From Octopus vulgaris (taxonomy: Eukaryota): DNA of 64,000 nt. Below are positions 39,588 to 53,510 of this stretch, piece by piece. A program made the position numbers and the translations under genes. The notes under the pieces were generated by a model. It ran no database searches. It was not told the DNA's origin and worked only from the letters and a program-made list of their open reading frames with translations. How positions within the stretch are numbered: position 1 is the first letter of the stretch; each line of letters starts with the position of its first letter. Location: NCBI GenBank assembly GCA_951406725.2, contig OX597822.1, positions 73,656,001 to 73,720,000 of the forward strand, given 5' to 3'.

Positions 39588-40081
39588 ATGTGTGTTTGTG
39601 TGTGTGTCTGTATGTGTGTGTGTGTATGTGTAGTGGTGGTCTTGACGAAAAGTGCGGAAAAGATACAGGAATAGATATTGATCAAGGAAAGACATAGTTA
39701 GAGGAAAGCAGAAGAGAAGTGGGGGGAGATGTAAAAGAAAAACAATGGTATAGGTAGGAGGAGAGAGTAAGAGATAAAAGAGGAGAGACTAATGTAAAGG
39801 GAAAGTGAGGCAGGGATGAGGAAGGAAGGGTATAAATATAGAGGGAAAGTAGGAAAGATAAGTAAAGGTAAGAGGGAGAACTTAGAAGGTCACCAAGATA
39901 TAGAGTGGGTAAAAGCTGGCCACAAGAAATAAAGGGAGTGAAAGTGGGAGTGTGAAAGGGATTGTGAAATCAGAAAGGCAGGAAGTGACTTTGAGGATAG
40001 AAAATAAAAGGAAGGGGAAAAGTAAAAGAAAGTATGAGAGAAAGCGAAAGAAAGCTAGCGAGATATATGAATATATACGTC

Positions 40082-40120
<39 letters not shown>

Positions 40121-40261
40121 TTGTGCAGCTGATGATGGCACTGCTTTTAAATTGATGTAATGACAATGACTGCATTGCTCAATTAAATGGAGCCGCTTGA
40201 AACGGTCGTACTGCATCACTACTTGATATCCTGTTGGTTATTTTGATTATATATATATATA

Positions 40262-40400
40262 TATAGTTCAAATGTAGGGAAAGCAAAAAGACGAAGACAG
40301 GTGACGGAACAACGAGCGGGTGTATTAGTTTGACGCTCAAGAAGAATGGAAAAGTTTTTGACGTTTCGAATATACGCTCATTGACAGAAAGGGATGAGAG
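40262..40400 (-). mobile_element. Family G tail with highly degenerate HHR
   Basis: aagacgaagacaggtg...gtgtattagtttgacgctca...gacgtttcgaa, homologous to 20700 and 43433 copies. Confidence 0.65.
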
Positions 40401-40500
40401 GGGAAAAAATGAAGTGAGAGCTAAAAAACGGAGAGAGAAAAAATGTATAGGTATACACATATATGTAAATATATGTATATATACATATACACACACACAT

Positions 40501-40531
<31 letters not shown>

Positions 40532-40575
40532 CATACATACATACATACATATATATATAAATCCTTTATATAAAA

Positions 40576-40649
<74 letters not shown>

Positions 40650-40760
40650 ATACCTTTATATAAAAATACATACATATATATATATACATATATATATACA
40701 TATATATATATACATATATATATGTATATATATATATACACATATATATATATACATATA

Positions 40761-40854
<94 letters not shown>

Positions 40855-41928
40855 AGAGAGAGAGAGAGAGAGAAAGTTGGTAGAATGAGAGTAAAAGTGA
40901 GGGGGAAAACGAAAAGAAGAAAGTGAAAGTGAGAGTTATATAAAATGTAAGGAGCAGAAGATGTTTTTTATCATTTCTTTGTTTCAGCCACTGTTTCAGT
41001 CGCTCATCGGAAAATTGATCCGAGGGTTGGTATTTGTTTCAAATTATGGTACTTAATCTATTGGCCTCCTTTGCTGAACCTCTAAGTTACGGAGATGTAA
41101 AGAAACGAACGCCGCTTATCAAGAAGTAAAACTTTCCTCCCAGTTTCTATCTACAAAAGTCACTTCAAGGGCATTGATCCGGGTCAGAGCCTTTTACAAA
41201 ATAGATACCCCAGGTGCCACACAATGGAATTGAACCCGAAACCACATGGCTGGAAAGTGATCTTTTTAACAACACACCCTTGCCTACATCCACATTTGTA
41301 AAACAGAAAGCAGGAAGAAAGAAAGAAAGAACGAAAGAAAGGAAGAGACGAAGGGAGGTAGATAGAGGGAGAGGGAAACAGAGAGAGAAAGAGAAAGAGA
41401 GAGGGAGAAAGAAACAGTAAGGATGAAAAGCTAGACTAGACGAATAAGAAAGAAATGTGGAGATGAAGAGAAAGTATGAGAAAGTGAAAGAGAGAGGATG
41501 AGTAGGAGAGATAATGTAGAAGAAGAGACAGTGAGAGGAAAATACACAAAGACGTGATGTGAGAGAGAGGGAGAGAGAGAGAGAGAGAGAACAAGAGAGA
41601 TGTAAGACGCCAGTGACGAGATGACCAGAAGTATTGAAAGTGAGGACTGGAGGAGGTTTTATCTGTATCATGTCAAAAGACATTACTGTCTATCTAACAC
41701 AGCCTACAGCAATGATAATGGTGGTGGTGGTGGCGGTAGTGGTGGTGGTAGTAAAAGTACTGCTGGTGTTGGTGGTGGTTGTGGTGTTGGTGAAAGGTGT
41801 ATATGTGTGGGTGTACGTGTGTGTATGTGTGCGTGTGTATATATATATATATATCCAAATTGAGGGAATGACGCAGGTAAAATCTAGGCTAGGCTACACA
41901 TGTTTCCGGGCTAGCAGATCCATATATG

Positions 41929-42020
<92 letters not shown>

Positions 42021-42147
42021 AATAAATATAAGAGAGTGGTCACTATATTGATCACTCTAGCACCAGTTAATCCAAAAGGTTTCAACCACGAAAATACATG
42101 TTTCCCATGAAAGCCAGTACGACTGTTATATATATATATATATATAT

Positions 42148-42382
42148 ACTCTTTTACTCTTTTATTCTTTTACTTGTTTCAGTCATTTGATTGCGGCCGT
42201 GCTGGAGCACCGGCTTTAGTCGAGGAAATCAACTCCAGGATTTTTATTCTTTGTAAGCCTAGTACTTATTCTATCGGTCTCTTTTGCCGAAGTGCTAAGT
42301 TACGGTGGCGTAAACACACCAGCATCGGTTGTCAAGCGATGTTGGTGGGGACAAACACAGACACACAAACACACACACACAA

Positions 42383-42427
<45 letters not shown>

Positions 42428-42597
42428 CATATATGCGACGGGCTTCTTTCAGTTTCCGTCTACCAAATCCACTCACAAGGCTTTGGTTGGTCCGAGGCTA
42501 TAGTAGAAGACACTTGCCCAAGGTGCTCTGCAGTGGGACGGAACCAGGAACCATGTAGTTGGTAAGCAAGCTACTTACCACACAGCCACTCCTGCGC

Positions 42598-42598
<1 letters not shown>
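42148..42598 (-). mobile_element. SINE family A, full length
   Basis: Family landmarks. Confidence 0.9.
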
Positions 42599-42678
<80 letters not shown>

Positions 42679-42982
42679 ATCAAGGATAAAATCTTTTATG
42701 AAGATTTTATGAAGTAGCCAGCACGTAATGAAACCATATAGGTTACAATTAATAGAAGTATATATAATTATATAAATATAATTATAATTATAAGGGCACT
42801 AATGAATAGCGCACATGCTAGAAATAGACGCCAAATAGCTCTAAGAACTACAATTATCTACACCATTAGCACGGATTGAAAGCGAGGAAAGTGAATAAAT
42901 AAGATTTTTAAAAAAAAGTTTAACCATAGATCGATTTCTAGTTTAGAGATGTAAAATCTCCTTACCTTCTTCAGTAAGGAAA

Positions 42983-43305
42983 ACTCCATCGGTTGCGACG
43001 ACGAGGGTCCCAGCTGATACGATCAACGGAACAGCTTGCTCGTGAAATTAACGTGCAAGTGGCTGAGCACTCCACAAACACATGTGCCCTTAGCGTAGTT
43101 CTCAGGGAGTTTCAGTGTGACACAGAATGTGACAAGGCTGGTCACCTTTGAATTACAGGTACTACTCCTTTTTACCAGCTGAGTGGACTGGAGCAACGTG
43201 AAATAAAATGTCTTGCTCAAGGACACAACGCGCCGCCGGGAATTGAACTCACGACCTTACGATCATGAGCCGAATGCCCCTAACCACTAAGCCACGCGCC
43301 TACAC
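42983..43305 (-). mobile_element. Full-length SINE body D + tail X
   Basis: Head ggcgcgtggcttagtggttagg; TSD candidate ttc(t/a)tcagta(a/t)gg at 42967-42979 and 43309-43321. Confidence 0.85.
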
Positions 43306-43432
43306 ACTTTCATCAGTATGGTATCACAAGTTGTACATAATTATAGACACTTATACATACCCATACGAATAAAAAGTATCCATAAGCATATATACAAATG
43401 TTCACATTTATATACGAGCGAAATCTAATTAT

Positions 43433-43727
43433 GTATAGTTGGAATTTACAAAAAAAAGAACAAAAGACGAAGACAGGTGTATAAACAACAAACAGGTGTA
43501 TTAGTTTAACGCTCAGGAAGGTGATCCGCGTGTGTATCGTTGGCGATTTTCTTTCTCCGTCTTCCTTTCCTTGGACCTTTCCTTTTTCTATGTTTCTGAC
43601 GAAGAGCTCCGCTCGAAACGTTGAATCCTCCTTCTTTCTTTCCTTTCCTCAGCATCCAAAAACACTATACATGTTCCACGTCCTCGCGTTGTGTTTTCTC
43701 TTTGTTCATGTTTGGATTAACTATATA
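43433..43727. mobile_element. Family G tail (-) joined to a related + strand tail carrying an HHR core (43592-43626)
   Basis: CTGACGA a gagc-tcc-gctc GAAAC GTT; both outer ends read aactata. Confidence 0.65.
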
Positions 43728-43743
43728 TGTGTGTGTGTGTAAA

Positions 43744-44008
43744 AGGCGGCGAGCTGGCAGAAACGTTAGCGCACCGGGCGAAATACTTAGCAGTATTTCG
43801 TCTGTCGTTACGTTCTGAGTTCAAATTCCACCGAGGTCGACTTTACCTTTCATCCTTTCGGGGTCGATAAATAAAGTACCAGTTTCACACTGGGGTCGAT
43901 GTAATCGACTTAATCTCTTTGTCTGTCCTTGTTTGTCCCCTCTATGTTTAGCCCCTTATGGGTAGTTAAGAAATATATATGTGTGTGTATAAATATACAT
44001 ATATACAT

Positions 44009-44081
<73 letters not shown>

Positions 44082-44300
44082 ATGTTTTCTACTATAGGCA
44101 CACGGCCTGAAATTTTGGTGGAAGGGGCAAGTCGATCACATCGACTCCGGTACTCGACTGTTATTTATTTTATCGAACCCGAAAGGATGACGGAAAGGTA
44201 AAGTCGACCTCAGTGGCATTCGAACCCAGAACATAGAGAGGAACAAAATGCCGTTAAGAATTTTGCCCCAGCGTGCAAACGATTCTGCCAGGTCGCCCCT
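43744..44300. mobile_element. SINE family B copies 43744-43975 (+) and 44085-44300 (-)
   Basis: Family landmarks. Confidence 0.85.
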
Positions 44301-44344
44301 TTAGAGAATAATAATAAGCTATCTGTCTAGGGTAGGTAAAATTC

Positions 44345-44615
44345 CCGAGATCCATGGACGAGGTCTCTCCAGCGGTATTAGTCCCTCATCCTTGCTGCCA
44401 TGTCCTGTGTCGCCAAGGGACCAGTGTCTGTCCTTAGGGCATCAACATGTGTCACCCTCGCTCTCTCTCTCTTCAAGTGTTTCTGTGTAGGGTCTCCCAC
44501 AGGAGCACTGAGGGTGGTATCAACTCCGAGTGACGGTCAGCATGTCCAATTAACCTCAGTCTCCTCTGTTATTTTCGACCTAACTATCGGGAAGCTCTGA
44601 GTTCTTCATCCTCTG
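44345..44615 (-). mobile_element. RTE-like LINE ORF2 C-terminal remnant
   Basis: Broken translation RRLRLIGHADRHSE...VLLWE...VTHVDALRTDTG...MRD*YRWRDLV. Confidence 0.7.
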
Positions 44616-44914
44616 TTTATACTGATTAATGAGAACAATAATAAAAAACTCTACTACTAATAATAATAATAATGATGATTTAAAATTTTGGCACAAGGCC
44701 ATACATACATACATACATACATACATACATACATACATACATACATACATACATACATACATACATACATACATACATACACACACAAGTTCAGAATTAA
44801 AGGAGAGAATAACAATATGTAAATTTTTTTTATCTGACGCTCAGTGAGAAAATTAAAAAAAAATGCAAGTGCCTTTGATGTTTTGAGCAGAAGCAGACGA
44901 GTGTATGTGTATAT

Positions 44915-44958
<44 letters not shown>

Positions 44959-45066
44959 CATGTGTGTATATGTGTGTGTCCGTGTGTGCGTTTATGTATA
45001 TATATGTACATAAATATTTATTTATGTATGTGTGTATATATATAAATACACACATATGCTAGGGGC

Positions 45067-45124
<58 letters not shown>

Positions 45125-45199
45125 TACACGCACTTTTATTTATATATACACACATCTGAGGAGGCGCTTATGTATATATATAAATATATATATAGCATC

Positions 45200-45590
45200 G
45201 TGAGCGTTACATCGTCTGCATGATGTAGAAAATATTCCATCTGCATTGCCCAAATGATGTTGGTATCGCATTTAAGATATACCCAAGATGAGGGGCCCGT
45301 GCTATTCGCCCACACCATAAATCACACTCGCATCACATAGCAACAATAACGGTACAATTATTTCACCTCAATTGGATCCGCACTATTTAACATTACACCA
45401 AAACACATTAATGCAGAAACAGACCCCATAAAGTTCAAGAGTCTTTGGAAAAATTTCTCCAAGAAATCCCAGACAAACATCTTACACCCGGATATGTCTC
45501 CTTAAACAATAACTCTCTACTCGAGTGGGGCATGTTGTCCGATTCCTGGATTGAATGACTTCGCCAGGTGGTGCTATTTAGTCAGACATG
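45200..45590 (+). mobile_element. CR1/L2-group LINE ORF2 C-terminal remnant
   Basis: Broken translation ERYIVCMM*KIF...CPND...FTSIGSALFNITP...FK...FLQEIPDK...GYVSLNNNSLLEW. Confidence 0.7.
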
Positions 45591-45594
45591 GATT

Positions 45595-45825
45595 GAGCTG
45601 GCCCTTTGAAATACAGGTACAACAGAAACATGAAAACGGAGTGAGAGAAAGTTGTGGTGAAAGAGTACAGCAGGGTTCGACACTCCCACCCACCCCCTAC
45701 CGATGCCTCGTGGAGCTTTAGATGTTTTCGCTCAATAAACACTCACAACGCCCGGTCTGGTTATCGAAACCGCGATCCTACGACCGCGAGTCCGCTGCCC
45801 TAACCACTGGGCCATTGCTCCTCCA
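45595..45825 (-). mobile_element. SINE body C with start of tail X
   Basis: Homologous to 23110-23331. Confidence 0.85.
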
Positions 45826-45853
45826 CATATGCATATCTATGTATGTATGTGTG

Positions 45854-45894
<41 letters not shown>

Positions 45895-45908
<14 letters not shown>

Positions 45909-46271
45909 GGCAGTTTGTCTGTGCGTTTTCTGTGTCTGTTTTCTCGTACCCTCACTCTGACCACGGCTTTCAACCGATTCTGATGAAACTTGACACACAC
46001 ATAGCCCAATGTCATAATTCAAAACTAACGCAGCGAAAATTTTGAAAAGTTCCCCCAGTTCTGAAAAAATCGATAAATTCGACATGGGGTCGAGAATCAG
46101 AAACCCAAACCACAGACCGTCTAGGGGACGCAACTCTACCTTTTTTAACTCTCAAAACAAATTTACCATCATTTTTTTCCCATTTTTTTGCTATTTTTTG
46201 GCTATAACTCTCTAAAAATGCTTTATAGTTATTTCCCTTACAAACCTGAGCAACGCCGGGCGATACTGCTA

Positions 46272-46272
<1 letters not shown>
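45895..46272 (+). mobile_element. Non-autonomous Helitron-like element in (TA)n
   Basis: gtttgtctgt 5' region, aaccgattctgatgaaacttg motif, 3' GC hairpin cctg-agcaacgc-cggg then CTAG|T at 46269-46272. Confidence 0.75.
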
Positions 46273-46318
<46 letters not shown>

Positions 46319-46469
46319 ACAATTATTCGGTAGCCAAGATAAAACTCCGAGTTTCGGATGCCAAGGTGGAAATTCACGCCGCCATTTCTTCATGTATGTA
46401 TGTCGCTTCAAAATCGGAGAATAAATATCATTATATATATTATATACAGTTATATATATATATATATAT

Positions 46470-46873
46470 ATTCTTTTACTCTATCTTTTATTTGTTTCAG
46501 TCATTTGACTGCGGCCATGCTGGAGCACCGCCTTTAATCGAGCAAATCGACCCCGGGACATATTCTTTATAAGCCCAGTACTTATTCTATTGGTCTCTTT
46601 TGCCGAACCGCTAAGTGACGGGGACGTAAACATACCAGCATCGGTTGTCAAGCAATGCTAGGGGGACAAACACAGACACACAAACACACACACATATATA
46701 TACATATATACGACAGGCTTCTTTCAGTTTCCGTCAACCAAATCCACTCACAAGTCATTGGTCGGCCCGGGGCTATAGCAGAAGACACTTGCCCAAGGTG
46801 CCACGCAGTGGGACTGAACCCGGAACCATGTAGTTGGTTAGCAAGCTACTTACCACACAGCCACTCCTGCGCC
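46470..46873 (-). mobile_element. SINE family A, full length
   Basis: Family landmarks. Confidence 0.9.
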
Positions 46874-46894
46874 TATATATATAAACATATATAA

Positions 46895-46965
<71 letters not shown>

Positions 46966-47591
46966 GGTGACTCTTAGCGGAACGGTAACATGTAACCCAG
47001 TACAACGTGACGTATGGTCGTGCAGTTAGTGATTTAATCAGTGACCATGTCAAGCCTACTTGGTAAGGAGACCGGGTTTCTTTGGACACTCTGCATGATT
47101 GGGAAAACAAAACCAGTCAACTGTCATCTAACAGCTGGAAGTGAGAGACCCCTAAGTTTTGTTTAGGTACATCCTTAGGAGAAGGAAAACACAGATTTAA
47201 CACCTGTAACTTCCTTTGCATCAAATGATGTAGATTAGTTCGTTTTTGAGCAAACATATACGTTATTTAGAGAGTAGGATTGGCTCTGCTCAAGGCCTTT
47301 CCTCACTTTAAAAAGCTTCCAGCTCAGGCATTTCTTGGTTTTTAACATCTTCGTTGTGTTGCATAGTATGGCTGGCTATAGTCATGAAAGGCAAAGCACT
47401 CAATGTAAAATTCCATGATGGTATGAAGGTATGTATCAGCGTGGGTGGTAAGTCGATGAACACTTGTACAAACGAGTGAAGGTAATATAGTTGCGCACAA
47501 GCAAATCCTAAAAACAACACAACGAACTTACAGCAAACTAAAAACAAAATATCCCAACGGAATGAGAGATTTCCGAGAAACTAGAATACAT

Positions 47592-47656
<65 letters not shown>

Positions 47657-47744
47657 TTATGCATATGTAAAAGCGTTACGAGTGGAAACATCCACAACTA
47701 TCCGGAAGGACGGATCGCCTGTCCGTTCACAGGAGTAAGGTAAG

Positions 47745-47945
47745 GGCGGCGAGCTTAGCGGCATTTCGTCTGCCGTTGCGTTCCGAGTTCAAATTCCACC
47801 GAAGTCGACTTTGCCTTTCATTCTTTCGGGGTCGATAAATTAAGTACCAGTTACGCACTGGGGTCGATGTAATCGACTTAATCCGTTTGTCTGTCCTTAT
47901 TTGTGTCTCCTCTATGTTTAGCCCCTTGTGGACAATAAAGAAATA
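47745..47945 (+). mobile_element. SINE family B with TSD
   Basis: agga(g/a)taaggtaa flanks both ends. Confidence 0.85.
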
Positions 47946-48083
47946 GGAATAAGGTAAACGTTCATTCGTTTCTCCATTATTGTGTAATTAGGCAGTGTGA
48001 ATGCACGTGAGTTGTGATCGCCATGAAAGCAAAGCCACCTGTTCAAGAATCTCAGGTTACAGTGACCAACAACAACAGCAATA

Positions 48084-48175
<92 letters not shown>

Positions 48176-48304
48176 TTATATATATATATATACGTTTAAA
48201 TATTTGTTGTGCAAGATTTTTTATTGGCTAAACTGGCAAAATGACCATTCCGAAATATATATATATATATATATATGTGTATATATATATATATATATAT
48301 GTAT

Positions 48305-48342
<38 letters not shown>

Positions 48343-48455
48343 TCGGAATGTCTTTTGCGTTTACAATAAAAATCTTATATAAACGTATATATATATATAA
48401 ACATATATATATATATATATATATTTTATGCATATATATATATATGATATATATT

Positions 48456-48518
<63 letters not shown>

Positions 48519-48860
48519 TTATATATATATTATATATTATATCATATATATATGCGTATGTATACATAAAATAAATATTAGGATGTGTCATCATAAATTG
48601 TATGATAATTTATGCTCATAAATTTTACGATGATGTTAGAACTCATAAATCCGCTCATCATTTTACGTCATAAAACATACCTCATTATAATGTTATAACT
48701 CAGAAGATAGACGCATCTACCTGTTGGCTACAGTTATTAAATACCTGAGAATGCTCGGATCTCGCCCGCTCTTCTCTTCTTTCTGTAAGTAAAGATAAAA
48801 CCACTCACGCATATACGCACGCACATACTCATACAGTTACAAATATTTGCGCGCACGCAC

Positions 48861-48915
<55 letters not shown>

Positions 48916-48962
48916 TCTATGTATATATGTTTGTCTCTATGTGTGTAGATATGTGTGTACGT

Positions 48963-49034
<72 letters not shown>

Positions 49035-49114
49035 GTTGATAGAAAGGTAGGTAGGTAGGTAGGTACGAACAGATGTAGACAGGCAGGCAGACAGACAGAC
49101 ATGCAGACAGACAA

Positions 49115-49202
<88 letters not shown>

Positions 49203-49358
49203 GTAGATAGATAGATAGGTAGATAGATAGGTAGGTAGGTTGACAGGTAAGTGAACAATACAAAATCAGCATGCTGCTGAAGACTGGGACCTTGCATTCG
49301 CTTGCGCTACTTTTCTGGAAACAGCGTGTTATTTTATATTTAGACAAAGGTTTTGTTT

Positions 49359-49570
49359 TCATTATTTACGTTATATACATTTGACGGATATTTGTCCTCA
49401 TCTTGTTTGTTGTTAACACAACGTTTCGGCTGATATACCCTCCAGCCTTCATCGGGTGTCTTGGGGAAATGTCGAACCTGGGTTCTCCTTCCTAAGGTAT
49501 TTTTCGAAGTTATTATTAATATTATTATTATTATTGTTATTATTATTATTATCATTATTACTATTATTAC

Positions 49571-49617
<47 letters not shown>

Positions 49618-49675
49618 TCCCTGCCTGGAATCGAACTCGGAATTTTGGGGTTAGTAGCCCGCGCTCTTAACCACT
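49359..49675 (-). mobile_element. Family F monomer with best-preserved tRNA-like head; HHR core mutated to CCGATGA (49415-49460)
   Basis: gtggttaagagcgcgggctactaaccccaaaattccgagttcgattccaggcagggacc-(AAT)n-tail. Confidence 0.88.
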
Positions 49676-49971
49676 TCACCATAAGGGGTTTTTTTGTTGT
49701 GTTTCGACATTTTTTAAAGTCAAAGGATGAAGGCACATCGCCTCCTGCTCGCTTCATGTTCATGATGTCATGGGTTTAATTCCGAGGCGCCGTAACGTAG
49801 GGTCCAGGAATTGAGGAAGGCACTTCATTTCACGCTACTTCAGTTTAGTCACCTACAGTAAGTACTTATCGGTTACTAATAAAATATTCCCCTTTCTCTC
49901 CCTCTTTCTTTCTCTCTCTTTCTCTCCCTCTTTCCCTTCCCCACCTGTTATATTCTAGACGTTCCACTTGG

Positions 49972-50213
49972 TTAACTTTTTGCCTGTCCAAAACATTTTC
50001 AAAAGTTTGTCCTAAAGGTCCATGCTTCTCTTCAGACATGTAGTTAACCCTTGTTTCATATATTATGAATAATATAAAGCCTTCCTTTCATATGTCTCGA
50101 GTTTCTCTGGACGTTGAATAAACGTTGGTAATCTGCGTCATATATGATGCATGGACGTCCGGAAAATATGACTTGTACATCACACATTGTACACTGGACG
50201 GGCAAAGGGTTAA
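49972..50213. mobile_element. piggyBac-like MITE
   Basis: TTAA at both ends; TIR tttgcctgtcca / tggacgggcaaaggg; homologous terminus also ends at 27053. Confidence 0.65.
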
Positions 50214-50424
50214 GAGCAAAGGGAACAAGAGGTCGTCCACTAGTATCTATAACCATGAGGCAAAACATGCGCAGGTTACCGACCAGTACTGCATCGCGGT
50301 TGACGACCGGTGGTACTTTAATGTCAAATCATAAAACATGTTGCAATTGGCACGATATGCCATTAAGCAGATTGGAGATATTCATAACAATTGGTGTTGC
50401 TGCTGCGACTACTACTGTTCAGCA

Positions 50425-50928
50425 CTGTGGTTCTCAACTGGGGTCAATATGGCCCTTGGGTGTCCATAAGGCCCTTGGGGGTCCATATCAGATTTTGCTG
50501 CTAAAATGCAATAAATTGGTTATACTTCTACAGAATCCAGGTAAAAAAAGTCACAGGTAAGAAAGTCACAGGAAAAAAAAAAGTCGTAGGAAAAAAGTCA
50601 CTGGGGTTTTGTCCATAGTGGGATTGTTCGGTGCGGTTTTGTCCGGATCCCATAAATTAATTGTGACTTTTTTCCTATGACTTTTTTCCTAGCCACAATT
50701 GTGACTTTATTACTGTGACTTTATTACCGGTCACCACTTCACCATTTCCCACTGCTACGATATACAAAAAATTTTATCACTTGTTTTCTTATATAGTTCC
50801 CTAATAATACTTAATCATAAAAATATAACTGGACATGTTTATGTATATCGAATCGTTAGGAGAGCCCACCCGAATAAAAAAAAATCAGTGGTGTCCATAG
50901 GTTAAAAAAAAATAGTTGAAAAACATTG
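50425..50928. mobile_element. hAT-like MITE
   Basis: TIR ctgtggttctcaac / gttgaaaaacattg; 8-bp TSD candidate gttcagca / gtttagct. Confidence 0.65.
50533..50735. mobile_element. Fold-back/MULE-like element nested in the hAT MITE
   Basis: Four aaagtc(ac/gt) repeats mirrored by tgacttt repeats; 9-bp TSD candidate acttctaca / acttcacca. Confidence 0.55.
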
Positions 50929-51678
50929 GTTTAGCTCAAGGCCAGTCCTGACTGAGCAAACCTTTGGTCAGTTATGTTGGAACCGTGAATATCTCGGTCT
51001 TCTCTTTGGCAACGAATACATAGGTCTACATAATCTTATGTCTCCCACCAGAGCTATTTCAAAAAAAGGGCACAGTGAGAAGTTGGGCCTCGAGCCAACT
51101 AGTCAAGAGGGTGAGAGATAATCTATAATCTACGTATAGTGTAGTTTACTGGCAATAAATGAACACAAGTCCCCCGTGTACTGCTTTACCTGGGACCACA
51201 TTATGTATACATGATGGCACTGAGCTCTTTTCTTCCGAGATGGTAGAGTACAATTTGAAAAAGATTTGGCTGCTGTTTCTAGCTGGCTCAGAGACTACTA
51301 TGTATTCAAGACAGCATCAGGTTCTTTTCTTTCAAGATTGTAGAGTACAATTCGACAGAAATTTGGCTACTGTTTCTTGCAGGCTCAGAGACTATTACGC
51401 AATCATGACAACACTGGACATTTTTCTTTCAAGACAGTAGAGTACAATTTGAAGGAGACTTGGCTGCTATTTCTAGCAATCTCAAAGCCTGTCTATAAAT
51501 ATTTGATTCATCCTGGAGCAACACGGTTATAAGTTATTGTACATTGTTTGCAATCGTACGATGTTCTTAAAGATTCCATTTCTTCTCTCCCTCACTTTCC
51601 CCCATCCCATCCTCTCTTTTCACTTTTTCTCTCAATAATAAATTACTCTCCCTTCAACTCTCTCCCTCTCTCACTCAA

Positions 51679-51739
<61 letters not shown>

Positions 51740-51961
51740 GACATACAGATACAAATACATTTAGAGATATACACCAATTCATTGCCTTTATATTCCCGCC
51801 CCTCTTCTGATGGCTTTCTTACCTTTCACATAAGATACCATTACCGGCTTTTTATACTTCTGACAGACGAATCGGATCCATTAACGACAGAAATGCACAC
51901 ATGCGCATGCGCCTGCACACACTCATATATATACCACACCTGTTAACCTTCTGTAAGCTGG

Positions 51962-52018
<57 letters not shown>

Positions 52019-52052
52019 ATATATATCGGTGCTTCGTTGTGCCATTTATTTA

Positions 52053-52121
<69 letters not shown>

Positions 52122-52134
52122 ATATATATATATG

Positions 52135-52178
<44 letters not shown>

Positions 52179-52500
52179 TATACATGTATATAAATATATA
52201 TATACACGCGCGAACGAGCGCGCACACAAACGAACATATATAATGCGTGTGTGTGTGTGTGTATGCACGCGTTCGTGTGTATGTCGGTGCGTATATTTGG
52301 ATAAGATAACTTTCTATATTGCGCGTGCGCACACACACGCAGGCACACATACACACACACACACACTGATACACTATAGGAATCCGGCTACAGACTTTGC
52401 GATAAATAGCACAGCTCTGCTAACAAGAGCAGATGGAACACAGGTGAGAGAAGTAGCTAACAAAAGACACCAAAAAACAACAATAGCAACAGCAACAACA

Positions 52501-52547
<47 letters not shown>

Positions 52548-52998
52548 TGTGTGTATAGACACACACACATCTGCCTATGCAAAATGTTTCTTCCCTTAGC
52601 TTAGCAACATTAGATTAAGCTAAACCAATTTATTCTGCTCAAGGCGAGTCTCATAGATTGGAACAGCCTTGATAAATTGACTGCAAACGTGTGTGTGTGT
52701 GTGGTTATATACATATATATTGACACACATAGATACATACATACATACATACATATATATATTATACACGCATGCATACATACGTGTGTATGTGTATGTA
52801 GATATGAGCATCTATGTGAGCTGCGTGTATGTATGTAAGAGTAGCTATCGATATAGAACGATTGTGTAATGGAATGAAACGTGACACACATATACCACAC
52901 GCACACACACGCATATATCGTAATCGTCGATATATATATATATATTTATGTATGTATACATGTATGTATGTATGTATGTATGTATGTATGTATGTACA

Positions 52999-53510
52999 CC
53001 GTAAATCCTCGAGTATAGTCCGCCCTTGAGTATAATATGCAGGGGATTTTTAGGGGGCTGTACCTCTGAAAAACCTAAACCTTGTGTATAATACGCACCC
53101 CTTCTCTAACTTGAATCAAGGAGGTCTATATAACGTCCTTGGTTTTAAAAATGTATACGGTAACGTACTTTATTATTATTGTATATATAACATAATGCAA
53201 ACGTGTAGCTTTTTTGTGCATTTTGTTTTCAGAAAATAAAGAAATAACAGCAATAACGTTTAATAAATGTTGCTTACTGCAAGTTATGGATGATTCTTTT
53301 ATGACTTCATTGCTTTCAAGCTTAGCTTAAGGTATTTTCGCGCCCGACATCCCAAAATGCGTCTGAATAAGCAATGCTAGACAGCAAAATAGAGACTCGG
53401 ACATTGCTTAGAAAATAATTTTCATTTTTAACCTCGTATATAGTACGCACTAGGGATTTTGACCTTTAAATTTTGGGAAAAAAATGCGGATTATACTCGA
53501 GGATTTACGG
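52999..53510. mobile_element. Tc1/mariner-superfamily (pogo/Tc2-like) MITE
   Basis: 25-bp TIRs ccgtaaatcctcgagtata(g/a)tccgc, TA context, subterminal gtata.tacgcac repeats. Confidence 0.85.

Noticed and set aside
45969-45982. CTGATGAAAC resembling a hammerhead core
   Set aside because: No stem II between boxes; part of a Helitron-like internal motif
47308-47547. Signal-peptide-like ORF or first exon of the FN3 gene
   Set aside because: Starts at TTG, and the alternative spliced frame ending at the GTGAGG donor shows no expected Cys pattern
49615-49675. tRNA gene candidate (also the other SINE heads)
   Set aside because: Acceptor stem incomplete and always fused to repeat bodies; treated as tRNA-derived heads, parent tRNA not assigned
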